A stretch of 58,487 nt of DNA, filler included, from Bipalium vagum (Eukaryota), in assembly GCA_037834085.1 (NCBI GenBank). It is 3 parts of 3 records of this genome, joined end to end, with 100 filler letters (N's around TTAATTAATTAA, not from the genome) between each part and the next. Parts side by side here need not be neighbours in the genome. Positions count along the whole stretch, not along the records: positions 26,755 to 42,671 come from JBBMKC010138710.1; positions 42,772 to 58,487 come from JBBMKC010141333.1; 1 more part is not named here. One strand, written 5' to 3'. Of the stretch, positions 39,560-52,300 are shown in pieces. The position numbers and the translations under genes were made by a program. The notes beneath the pieces were generated by a model. That model did no database searches. It was not told where the DNA came from and saw nothing but the letters and a program-made list of their open reading frames with translations. Each line of letters opens with the position of its first letter. Within the stretch, counting starts at the first letter, position 1.

Positions 39560-40340
39560 GTAATTTTTTCTATCAAAATTATTTACTTTGATTTGTTCCA
39601 GTTTCTTTTTCGGATAATTTTGATTTCTTATCAGTCGTAAACAGAGTTTTTAAATTCAAGTTATTCACCAATTGCTGATTTTCTTTTGAAAACAGTTTAA
39701 GCACAGATTTGCAACAGCTTTTTATGAACAAAAGACGTTTTCAAAGGCTTTGATATTTCTAGACGTCTTGAATACCTTTTGGAAAAACTTTCTTGATTTT
39801 AATGATGACTTAACTCTTTGAGATTATAAATCTTTCATAACAAATTGACACGTTTCTGGTGATATTCTAACTATCTCCATATGAATAATATTTTTCAGGA
39901 CTTGGATATTTTTGGTTTTTGACAAACATTTAAGGAAAAGATTGCTTCATCAGTGAAATTTAGGTTTTAAAGAAAAGAATGGTTATTCTTGATTTCATTA
40001 ATTATGTTTTCTCGCATTACAATTCTTTCAGCATAGTCTTCATCACATAACTTATGGATAATTTGGATTAAGTTGAAGATCTTTTCGCAATGCATTATGG
40101 ACAGCTTTAAAACTGAATCCAATTTCCTTAACAGTAGTTCTTATCAATATGTCAGATGCTTTCATAAACCTGACTTATTTCGCTTATTTTTTCATTTTAA
40201 ATTTCAGACTTCCCAGGATGACAAACAATCGCATTCTATTTGAATTTTACAAATATCTTCCTTATTGTCTTCGCATTAGGTATCCTTTTCCACTTCAAGT
40301 CTTCTAAATGTCGCCTGACTAATTTAAATGATTCCATCTT
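39560..40340 (-). mobile_element. Decayed rosa/DD41D-like transposase
   Basis: VRRHL...IPNAKTIRKIFVKF N-terminus and FTDEAIFSLN first catalytic motif. Confidence 0.55.
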
Positions 40341-41749
40341 AGCTATAAGTAAACATTACAAAAATTTTTAATTACTGCAATTTAAATTCGAAAACATCGA
40401 ATAATTAAAAGAAATTAAACACTTTCATTACATTTCGGAAGTTCTATTTCTTAGAAAAATGAAAATTAAATATACTTATTTTTTATATTTTTTTTGCTGA
40501 GCTCCAAGATCGGATACTTATTTTATAGACATGAATGAAACATAATTGAACCTGCACCGTAGTTCTAAAATATTCGACATTAACAGAAGAGAGAATTTGA
40601 TGAAATTGTTATTGTGAAAACAGCTCAATTCTCGGACAATATGTAACATTTTATTTTCAGACACATTTCTGGTTCCATTATCCGTTTCTTTTAATTGATT
40701 CCATGCTCATCTCTGTCCATTACCAGCCACCAAGTGTAGAAACTTGTTTTCAGAGTTTATTTATATATCCACAAAATAAGTCTCAGTTTGATGCCAAAGA
40801 ACAGAGACGGGAAACAATTATGGATAATTGTTCAGGCAAATATTTTGATCAATTATGAATATTCGGAAAGTCTGTAGAAATTTGGAAGAATGTTGAATTG
40901 ATCCTGAAATTTGATGAACGAATTTTTTGTTAATCTTTTCGTAATAATTCATTGTTTCAAAGTAACAAAATTTTCAGCAGATATTTTTCGAATTAATTGA
41001 AAATAATTAATTAATTATTAACATGTCAGAAATTTTCGGAAGAAATTCGAGAAACCCAATATTTACAATTAAAAAAGTAATTTTAGAACCATGTTCCCTG
41101 AGATCTTTGATTGTTTTAAATTAAAAGTAAATTAATTAATAAATTAACCAGTACACGTTCAGACAAGAGATTCTGCTGACAGATGTTGACTTTCTGATAC
41201 CGATTTCAGAATTTATTCTGTCGAAGCTGAAACCGTCTGTACTGATGGGAAATATTATATTTCATTATTAAACTTCTTAAGGTTTTATTTATTATTAAAC
41301 TTTTAATTTTTCAGCTTCATTGATAAAAATTTTATTCATTTCTGTTATTCTCTGCTTCAGATTTCTATATTCTTTGGAAATTTTATTATAAATTTAATGT
41401 CAATCTTAATCAATTGGTAAGGTTATAAAGCTTGAAAAATTGTTGTCACATACCTTCAATAAGTTCAGTTCATGGGGACTTTCAATTTTGTTCATTAGTG
41501 ATTTTACATGGTCAATTTTAAATCGCACTGTTGCCTTTGATGAGAAATTAGTAGAGTTCCACAATCAACGATGCTCAGCTGAAACGATGGTCGTTGATGC
41601 TCCAGGCCTTGTGTAAAAGCTCGATTCTCGCCAAAATAAGATAATTACTGAATCTATGCATGAAGATATTTAAACGTACTCAACAATATATTTAAAGATA
41701 GTTAGAATGTATTTTAAAATAGCTCAATAAATACTCAATTGTATATATT

Positions 41750-42450
41750 TATATAAAATCATGTCTTGTCAACGACACTTTGACGTCTTCTCATACGTCT
41801 GAACCAACCGTGGAAATCAGAATTTTCATATTGTAAAACCCGCTCAAATTTGGTTTTTAAATTATTTTTTCTATTTTCCAAAGAAATTGGATTTACAAGA
41901 ATTAAAATATCCTTCAATGGGGTTCAAATAAGGGGATGTGGAGAGGAAGAAGATATCTTGATCTGGTCTGTTTAAGCAATTACAGACTGCAATAAAATTT
42001 ATTTCTCTAGTACAATATTGACGATCGTCTATATTTTCCTTATTATTTCTCTCGAATATTTCAGGAATATTCACAAGGCCATTCTGCATCTATTTCATTT
42101 TTGTTCACTCCCTACAAACTGAGCTCTCAATAATTTGCCAATTCCTTTTCGTTATATAATAAATCTCTCATTGATAATTGAGAAATTCGATTTTTAATTT
42201 CAGAATTATTTATTTTCTTTCTTCCTTTCTTTTTTGAAGCTATTTCTTCATCTGAGATTAATTAGCAATTTTATTAATTAAGGTGTTGATTGTTTGCAAA
42301 GTAAGATTGGACTCCTGTGCAATTAGTTTCATTGATGTGTCTCCTTCAAATCATTTTAATACTTGTATATGATATCTAAATTTTTTTCGTCTATTTTGTC
42401 TTGTTTTTCTATAGAGTTCATGAGCATCATTATTTCCAAAGCTAAAGGTA
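41750..42450 (-). mobile_element. Decayed IS630/Tc1-type transposase
   Basis: FLSTSPYLNPIEGYFNSCK matches the SPxLNPIE motif. Confidence 0.6.
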
Positions 42451-42671
42451 ACATTAAAGTATATTCAAAATTGAAAATTATCAGATAAAGGTGAAATGAT
42501 AATAAATATCCAACAACATATATTATAATATCTTTAAGATTAAATTATAAATTAAAACAAACTAATTTTGAATATAATTTTGAATCACATTTTAAATATA
42601 ACACCTGGCAATTAAAATTTGGGACAAATTTTGAAAGAATTTTGGCTACATATAAAATCAATTTTACAATC

Positions 42672-42771
42672 NNNNNNNNNNNNNNNNNNNNNNNNNNNNN
42701 NNNNNNNNNNNNNNNTTAATTAATTAANNNNNNNNNNNNNNNNNNNNNNNNNNNNNNNNNNNNNNNNNNNN
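42672..42771. other. Artificial assembly spacer N44-TTAATTAATTAA-N44
   Basis: Identical to the spacer at 26655. Confidence 0.98.

Positions 42772-42843
<72 letters not shown>
42772..42843. repeat. (AAT)n microsatellite at contig end
   Basis: 24 perfect AAT units. Confidence 0.97.
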
Positions 42844-42846
<3 letters not shown>

Positions 42847-44825
42847 GGTTTAAGAAAATTTATTAAATTTTGCCAGGCATTTATAAAAAAGTTGACACGA
42901 AATAAAGCAAAGCGATAATACTGAGTTAAAACTAGGCGGAAAATCTAAGCAAAGCACTCGAAATGTCAACTGTATATTACTTATCGTACATATTAATAAA
43001 GAAAACTATTTATCTCTATTTCTAATCCTATTTTCTATTATAAAAACGATTCTAAAGAAATTTATAAATTTGCGAAATCGTCACAAAGTATATTTGATTT
43101 CCCAGTCTCATATTCAGCTGAGGAAAAGCGAAGAAATTGTATTATTTTTCTTTTGCATTCATTAACAATTCACTTCATAATATATTTTCCATTTTATAAA
43201 CATATCAATGTTATCATCCTAATTAAATTTTTACTCAGTCTCTACTGTCTAGAAAATGCTAATTTTCGACGTTTCTTTAATGTTAGGATTCCACTCTCAG
43301 CCTAAGTAAATGACGGGCTCTTCAGCAGCAACTGAACAGGCCTGAGAATAGCGCCCGACAGGATAGGGATTAGCAACAATAATGATGAAAATTTAAGAAA
43401 ATAGACTAAAAGCGGCTTGAAGGAAATAATGTTTTTCTTTTCACATCGTAATATTCAAAGTGGCAAGGTTATTTCATTTGAGATCTTTCCTCACTGTCAA
43501 CGATTTATACTCAAAATTAACCACTCTTTTGGAACAAACGGAATTATAAAAGATCACCAAAATGGAAGTTGAATGTTGTTTATACCAAAGGGAGTATCTT
43601 ATTACATACCAAGTACATATTTATTTATTAATATCTACTTTGATAGAACTTCTTTTATTCATATTTTTGTGAATTAACTGTATTTGTTTTTGTTTGTTTT
43701 GCTTTCTTTAACGTTTATTTATCATTTGAATTTGTTTCTTTTTTAATTTATATTTCAGAGAATATTGAGTTGTATAAACTGTATAGTTGAATGAATTAAT
43801 ATTTATGGGGTTTTCTGATAATTAATAATAATTATGAACAGCGGTAAGCAAGTAGTATGTAAGATCTCTATAATAATATAAATAGATTAAGGTTTTTTAA
43901 GGATTTTATCAAAAATAATATAAGGTTAATTAAGAGTTTTAATTACCAATGATAAACAATACGTGATATTTTATAAATTAATTATTAATCAATTTAATTC
44001 AGCCAATCTTGACAATTTGATAATTTATGGTTATCAACTTAAGTACAGTAAAGCTTGAAATATTGTTAGGTCTGTTAAGTCTAGATTAAATTAAATTGTC
44101 ATTTGAAACTTTTGAGTTAAAATTGAGGTCGGTTGACATATTATTGACGTTATTGCATACATATAAGGTAAAGTATAAAGAATAAAGTTTAATGATTAGC
44201 TACGGCTCAGTAAGAGAACCACAGAGATTATAAGCGACAATTGTAAATAGTGATGAGGTGAGATTGATAAGAATTAATCAATTACTCGTAGTTTGTAATT
44301 TTCCTTTTTTCTGTTTGTCTGAGATTCTGAGAAAATAAGAGTACTTCTCAACTTAGTTTAAAGTGAGATGAAGTTTTTTAAAAGTTACTTAAAACGTCTT
44401 TAGTTTGCATTTTAAATAAAAAATAGTTTTGTAGTTTAATTGTACTTTTTTTGGTTTACTTTTTATGAAATTTCACTGTATTACAAGTATTTAGTGTACA
44501 TCTTTGGGATTCAGATTTATACTCTATCTAATCGATCAGTACCATAAACGGTAGGATACTTACATCCGAATTGAGTAACCGTACGAAAGGTGTAATCAAA
44601 ATACCAGTGTTAGCAGATACTGCTGAATAACAGGGGAATATCAGTAATTAAAAGCAGTAAATATTCCTAGTTTTCCTAGTAAATAAGAACCGAATATCTT
44701 TGAATTGTTTAAATCATTACCAAAATAACCAGAATTGGTAATTGAAGCACAATTGATTAAAAATATTCTTAATTTCTCTAATAAGGGATTCTTTAAATTC
44801 ATGCAAACCACTCAATTTTAAAATA

Positions 44826-45240
44826 CAGGGTGAGCGAGTAGAATTTGCGCGAAAAATGAATTAATGAAAAACAACTGTAAAAGTTATAATTTTAAATATT
44901 TATTACAAATTACAAATAAGAACACAAAGTGGTTATTGATAGATATAATTCATTCAATAAATCCGCCTTTTGCATTAATACTTCTGAAGCGAGAACAAGC
45001 ATGTTTGACGACCACCGGAGACAAATCTTGAAATGCCTAACAGATTCTTGATCTCAGTTCGACTTTATTGGCACAAGCAGTTTTATTTGTTATCCTTTCA
45101 ACTGCGCCCCATACATAATAGTCGAGAGGATTGCAATCTGGGGGAGTTTGAAGGTCACACTGCAGGAGTAATATGGTCAAAAAACTTATAAATTCAGCAA
45201 ATATTTTGGTTGATCAAGAAGTGTGAATGATAGACACGAT
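44826..45240 (-). mobile_element. maT/DD37D-like transposon 3' end
   Basis: Terminus TA|CAGGGTG; PDCNPLDYYVWGAVE...ACSRFR...AKGGFIE*. Confidence 0.75.
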
Positions 45241-46469
45241 TCACAGGATTCTCAGAAGACATTTTTACAACGATGACAATCAAGACAAGAACAAAAAATA
45301 TATGATTAAAAGCAAAAAGGATTCCATATAATGTGCGTAATTAAAATAATTAAATAAAAGTTTCTAAGATGGAAAAAGTTTTAGCTTATTTTCCACTGTC
45401 TCAATCAAACAATTTGTCTCATATATCATCTAAAACAGAACTTTAATTATTCAACAAAATCTTCAATAATTTAATTTATTTTGACAAAGAGACCAAGCAA
45501 GAAAAATCGTTAATTTTGTCAATTAAATTGATTAATTGATAAACCTTATTTTATAAATTGATTTAATTATTCAAATAAGTTAAATAACTATTGTCAATGT
45601 ATCTATATTTTTACAAAATTAAAACAAAATTGGAAAACTCATCAATATTAATTAAATCAATATTTAATTATAAGAATCTGCAATAAAAATATCATGTCAA
45701 TTAAATAATATTGTCAATTAAATCTATTAATATCGATTATTAAATATTTTATTAATTGATAATTGATTAAATCGTGAATTTTATGAAATTCATAATTTAT
45801 TTATAATAATGTTTTATCCATTTATTATTATTGTTAATTTTATTATTATTATTTTTTTTTATTACCTTTATTTTGAAAAATTCATAATTTCAGTTTTTTA
45901 TAAAATAAAATAAAGCCAATCAATTAATCAACCTATATTTATAATCGTTATCATTAGTCGTACGAACTTTACTTTGGAAAATATCATCCTCGAGATATTT
46001 TTACGCAAAATGATCATTTTTGGATAAAATGGAAAGGAAATTGCTTCAAAGACGCCCTATTTATACAAAAAATTAATATCAGCTTTCCGACAAATTATCA
46101 CTTGAAAGAAACGACAAATTTGATTATGGCTGAAATGCAGAAAAATATGGCTTAGTTTGGAACCCTTGTCAAATAAGTGTCAAGCGAATGTGATCTGCTA
46201 AAGACAATCTCATAATGAACTGGTTCTGGCCAAGGCAAACGACACAGATTATGGATGGTATATAAATTATAGTTTAATGTTACAGCTGCCATCAATTATT
46301 ATTATTTATTAACGTAAAGATTTTAATTTTCAACAATTTATCCAGAAAAGATTTCTCCAACACAATGCACTCATTTCCATTAGACTGCAATGTGAACAGA
46401 TTATTTTGTCAGAATTTTACAATCAGTCTATGAATAGTCTTTTGTTTCGCAAACAAAGGAAAAAAAATA

Positions 46470-46830
46470 TTTATTGATCATAAAAATATTAAAAATATAA
46501 TCGTAGTTATAATGAAAAAATCGTGCTACAAGTTGGATGATGAATTAATTTAAATTCAATTAAATACGAGTTCAATTTAAACAAATAACGATAAAATATA
46601 TTAAATAATTTCTGATAAAAAAAATTGACCAAAACTTAAGAAAATTCGAGATCATACTAAATGGAAAATATATTCGAACTTTTACTGAAAAATTCGTATT
46701 ATAAGTGGAAAGAAAAAATAATTCAATTCAATTAAAAATGAGGTCGATTTAAACAAAAAGCGATAAATTATTTAAAATTATTTTTTGAAGAATATTAAGA
46801 AAATTATTGATCATATTAAATAAATAAAAT
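46470..46830. repeat. Diverged tandem duplication, period ~170 bp
   Basis: AATTCAATTAAATACGAGTTCAATTTAAACAAATAACGATAAA (~46551) versus AATTCAATTAAAAATGAGGTCGATTTAAACAAAAAGCGATAAA (~46725). Confidence 0.6.
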
Positions 46831-47376
46831 TATCAGGATAAATGATTTATGAATTACTGAATGAAAATGATGCTGCAAAATCTGTCGCTGATATTTATAA
46901 CGTTTCCTTAGACAAAAATGTGTCGTTGGCCTTCTATCCCCTATTCCATGTTTATTCAAATTAACGAATATTCAGGACGGATATCGTCAGAAGATAACGA
47001 TTATCGAAACATTCTGCCACATATATACATTTGTGCTGGACAAACGATCCAGAAGAACAGTGAATGGAGATTATTTATTGTAGATGCCGGGAATCATAAA
47101 GGAAATTAGAGATTATAATCATAAGCTGGGTGAATGGAAATAAATAAGAGATGGTTTGCTTATGGAGTCTTCGGTAAAGGAATTTGGATAATTATTTGGA
47201 TGGGTGATTTTGAGAGTATGCGAAATATAATATATCTTATTCAACAACTTTGATAGTGTTTCGAAAATGAAACGTGAATATCAATGTATGTACGAGAAGA
47301 AAAGAAAAAATAATTTAAAGGTGGTGAAACTGGGTATCTTTATCCATTTTGGTTAAGTATTTCCAATGAGTTAAAG

Positions 47377-47933
47377 TAATGGTTTTGAACCCCGGTGTCA
47401 TGACCCGAAATAGGGTCGAAAAATATTTTTAAAGGGATCGCCGAATTATGGTAGGTGTACAAATCATTACATGTAAAAAATCGATTTTTTTGATATGTTA
47501 AATAAATATTTTGTGATTAAACTACTTATGTTCAAAAATACCTTAACTATTACAGTATTTTGTAGGTAATGTTATTATCTGATAAGCTTACTATTATAGG
47601 TAATTCATTATCTGTTGTAAATCTAAGAAACGTAAATCGACTTTGGATTTACTTACATTCTTTCGTCAGGCGTTCTAAAGACACAATGTGTCATTTGCTA
47701 TGACTTTTCTCTGTGGAAAATGATTTGCAATGTGCATTATCCACAGTACTTCCACAAATTGATAAGTTTGCGAAAGGAAAACAGTATGAACTTTCTCGAT
47801 AACTTGTTGCAAATTGGTTTTATTAAATATTGTGAATTATGACTTATTTTAAATAATATTGATTTTCTTTGGAGTCACAAATATCTTAAAAATGAGATAA
47901 TGGGTACACACAGAAAAAAGTTGAGAAGCGCTG
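47377..47933. mobile_element. hAT (Charlie/Buster-like) non-autonomous element
   Basis: Ends TAATGGTTTTGAACC / AAGTTGAGAAGCGCTG with subterminal GACCC/GGGTC motifs. Confidence 0.5.
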
Positions 47934-48740
47934 ATTAAAAGGGTTTGTGGTTAAGAAATCATTTTCCATAAAATTGTAGTTACTTTTAAACGGTAAAAAG
48001 CCTATCAAAATCGATTAAGATTTTTGCAATCTAATAATATTTTTTATTCAAAATGACTGTCTCCATAGAATTTTATTATAATTTATTAACATAATTATTT
48101 TTAATGATGTTTGATAATAATATAGACAAATTATTTCTTTACGAGAAGATTTCTTTATTTTCTTAACGTAATTTGTTATTGTAGACATGTTAGCAATTTA
48201 TAAATATTTCGAAAGATGAGCTGAATATTATATTATTTAAACAAAACTTTTAATAAACTTTTAATAAATATCAAGCACTTTAAAGTAATAAAATTCAATT
48301 TTATGTCCAATAAAAAATTATTATTATCTAGAGATAAAAATCATAATGAATTTAATTTTTATTTTATTTATATTTATAAAAACTGTTTCTATTTTTATCA
48401 CTGACTTCTGACATTTTTGATTATTATTGTTAATTGTTTAGAATTATATGAAATTAAAAGCTTGGTAAAAATAGAACAATGTTTGAGGTACAAATTTCAT
48501 TTCTAAAGTGAAGAATTAAAGATAATAGATGTATAAGAAACTTTAATAATAAGACCTCTTCCTCTTTTCATATACGTTTCCTGTATAATATATCGTCATC
48601 TTTAAAAGATTAATAGAACTTTTTAATTATGTTTTGCTTTACAGCTAATTTCTGTCACCAATATAAATATAAACTGTGTTATTTTCGTATTGATAAATGA
48701 TTGGGACATTTAATTATCATGAAATATATAAACCACAAAC

Positions 48741-49261
48741 CTCCGGCGACGACTTTATCAATGGATATATTTTTCACATTTGCCATGAAACCTAAATTTG
48801 TAAAAATGACAAATCCCGCAAATATTGAAGTTGCGCAGTTCAGGATAGCTACAAACACAGCATCTCTAAAGTAAAAGATATTAAAATACAAATGAATTAA
48901 TTGAAAATATCACATGGATATAATATCTATAGAAAAATATGAACCTGCAACAATTGTTTTTGAAGTTATTGTAGCTTGACATAGTTATCAGGTTCCCATT
49001 ACAACAGGACAAAGAAAAGAAGATCTGAGTAGCTGCGTCTGTCCATACTTTGGGATCTTTTAACTTCGAGAATGTGGGTTTAAGATAAAATATGACTCCA
49101 TTCATTGCACCAGGCAATGTGCATCCTTTTATGAGCAGAATACATAAAATGATATATGGGAAAATTGCAGTAAAATATGCAACCTACAAACAGAGACTCA
49201 TAATAAGTTCAGTATTATATATAATGTTTGAACTAGATTAATAATAATAATAAAAAAAAAA

Positions 49262-49302
<41 letters not shown>

Positions 49303-52300
49303 GTTTTAAAAATTGTTAACAACATTATTGAAGCCATTATAATTATCATAATTATTTTGTATATGTAAAAGATTTCCAATGTCTTTCAAATTTTCTTTTT
49401 TGTTTTAATTAAACAAAAATTAATAGAATATAAAGCAATTGTTTTTAATGAACGTTAAAAAATATAAATTATGGGATATTTTAAAATAAAAACTACCAAA
49501 TATTGTAAGAAGAACATGTGATTAAATATGATCAACGTTTCTAAACTTAGTTCAAATTATCTTATTTCTAAAAATATCCATTAATTCCAGTACAAGTCTA
49601 AAAATGATTCTAAAAATAGAAAACTCCGGTTCAAAATGGACCTTGATTTTCTATAAATATCTCTTAGACAAAATAATTTGTCACTGCATAAAATTATACC
49701 AGATATTTCAACGAATGTTTTTTTAGATGATTTAGAACAATAACAGAAAGATTATTATCGAATATTCAGAAAAATAAGTGAATGATGAAAAGTTACATAT
49801 ATTCCAAAATTCCAAAAATTCAAGCAAAACAATTTTTCATCAAAAAATTGTTTTAAGTGTTATTCTATTTTAACTATTTTGTTATTAACAAGTCCAAAAT
49901 TTTACCAATTAGTCTAGGAAATATATGAGGAATTCTTAATATTTTACATTCCGATTCATATACAAGAGGTCTCGATATTCAGGTTAATAATATTAAGATT
50001 ATACAGAAATTCAAGTAAAAACTTATTTAAGAGTTATTTTTATTAAGTAATCAGACAACGTGAGTTTTTAATATTAGTCATTTTTAATTATAATATAATC
50101 GATTTATTATATTTAAAACAATGATTATTATCATAATATAGAATTCCCATTGTTTAGCAATTAAAATTTGTTTGAATATTTAGATTTGTTATGGTAGAAA
50201 ATAAAAGAGAAAAACTAAGAGTTAAATGAATTCATTAGCTGGTTTTAATAAAATGTTCCTTAATTCCTTACAATTAGTATATGAAATACATACAATCTTA
50301 ATATTTATATTTCACTTTAGGTTCCGGAGGTTAGAACAGAGGTTATTAGTGTCGTTCTAAAATTCATTCAGATCAAGCATTCCATATACGTATAAGTAAA
50401 ATAATTAAGCGAAATCTCCGAAAACAGACATATCTCAATTTAAAGTTGAATTAACTTTGTAATTTCTCGATTTTTATAAAGGTTTATCTTGAATGAGATT
50501 AAACAAAATCTTGTTTAAAAATTAAATTCAATTGTCTTATTTACCTTTATGATGTTGATACTCAATAAAATACTTTCGACAAGTTATTATTTTTTTGTAA
50601 AAAAATTAATACAAGGGTAAAAGAAATTAAATTTTTTTCATTTCATAGAAATAGATCAATAATTATTTTTTACTTGTAATTTTATTCCACATCATTTTAA
50701 TTTTAGCAAATTTATATTGTTTAAATAGAAAGAGGAAATATTATTTTTGAAATAAGAGTTTATAAACCACTAAAATACAATTTCATTGGTATTTATAGAT
50801 ATCTATTGGGTTGGCAAGAACATAATTACCGAAAAAAAGAGAAAAGGATATGAAACTATTTAAAACAAATATTTTAATTGAATTAAAAAGTATACATCGC
50901 TAGAAAAGTTGTCTTCTTCCAGGAAGCATAAAAATTCATCTTTCATAAAACATATTGGATTTATCCGTAAAAAAACCAGTAACAGATAGAATTTGATGTC
51001 ATCGTAATTAGTAAAAGCTTTACAATTCAAGGCGTTTTGCATATAATGGTAATCGGACCTAACGATTTCTGAATTATCTGTTCTATGTATCAATATATCC
51101 TAACCACGATTCAGTCATTTTTGTGTGCGTGGTTTTGCATTGTCATGATGAAAACATAAATTTACGGTTTGGCAATTTATGGCATCTTATTTGGATTTCC
51201 GTGTTTAATTGTATCAACTGATCAATAAATTTATCAGACTTAATCTTTTGTCATTTGTCAAAATTTTGAAGCATATGATTCCTTGATAATCCAGCTAAAC
51301 ACATAGCATAAGTTTTTTTATGTTTATCATATTGCACTATGATCTTCTTCGGTGAAAAATATTGTAGTCAATCCATTTTTTATCGCCCATTAACAATTGT
51401 TTCAAAATGGACTATTTTTTGAGTTTGATAATTAAAATACTGATTTCAAAGTGTTGCCTAATATGATTTCTTAAATTTACAAGAAATTTATAAATCGAAT
51501 TTTTACGTACCCCATATGATACACAGAGCTTCCTTATGACGTCAAGCGTTTTTTTGTGATGATCCTCATTGATTAAGTCTTTGATTTCGTCGCTATTGAC
51601 GTTGGTCAGATCTTTGCTGATTATTTTCTGAAAAGGTATTCCTTCAGAATTTCTCAAACCAATCTCGATATTGACATTCTTTTAATGGATCCTCGCCAAA
51701 CACCAAAATTTTTACAAATTTATGATGTATCTTTTTCAATCTTACAATAGAAAAGTAAAATGCTCTTTAAACACGTGTTCCGAACTTCCACGCTAAAGCT
51801 GATAAAAAAAAGAAAAAAGAAATCTATGAAATTAATTTACGCATTTAGAAATGATGATTTCTTTATGTAAAATCGGCAATTTTTTCTTGCCAATCAAATA
51901 TATGTATTTGTTTATTATAGTAATACATTTTTAAAGATATATTCTTAATTTGGAAACCCATAATTTTCATTGAAATATTTTTATAAAAAAATAAAAATCA
52001 TGGTTTTAAACTGTATTTATAAAATTCATCTGATGATTCTATAGCTCTGTTTAATTTTCCTAAGGATATGAGTTTTGGTTGCTTATTAACATATGAATAT
52101 TGAATATTTTCAGACATTTTCCGTTGATTTCTCTCAAAGATAAATATCACTTTTTAAATAACTTATTAGGTATCTTGTAAATACAAAAATAATCTTATAT
52201 ATAAAAATAATGTGATGTTACCAAAACACATTCATCACTCAAACCTAAATCGGTAACTTACTAGTTTGTTAAAATAATATATTACTAATAAACTCTGTTG

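Noticed and set aside
41570-41640. SAEHR peptide as the SLC6 C-terminal tail
   Set aside because: Lacks the WGP motif, no TM8-12 exons are nearby, and it lies across an artificial gap.
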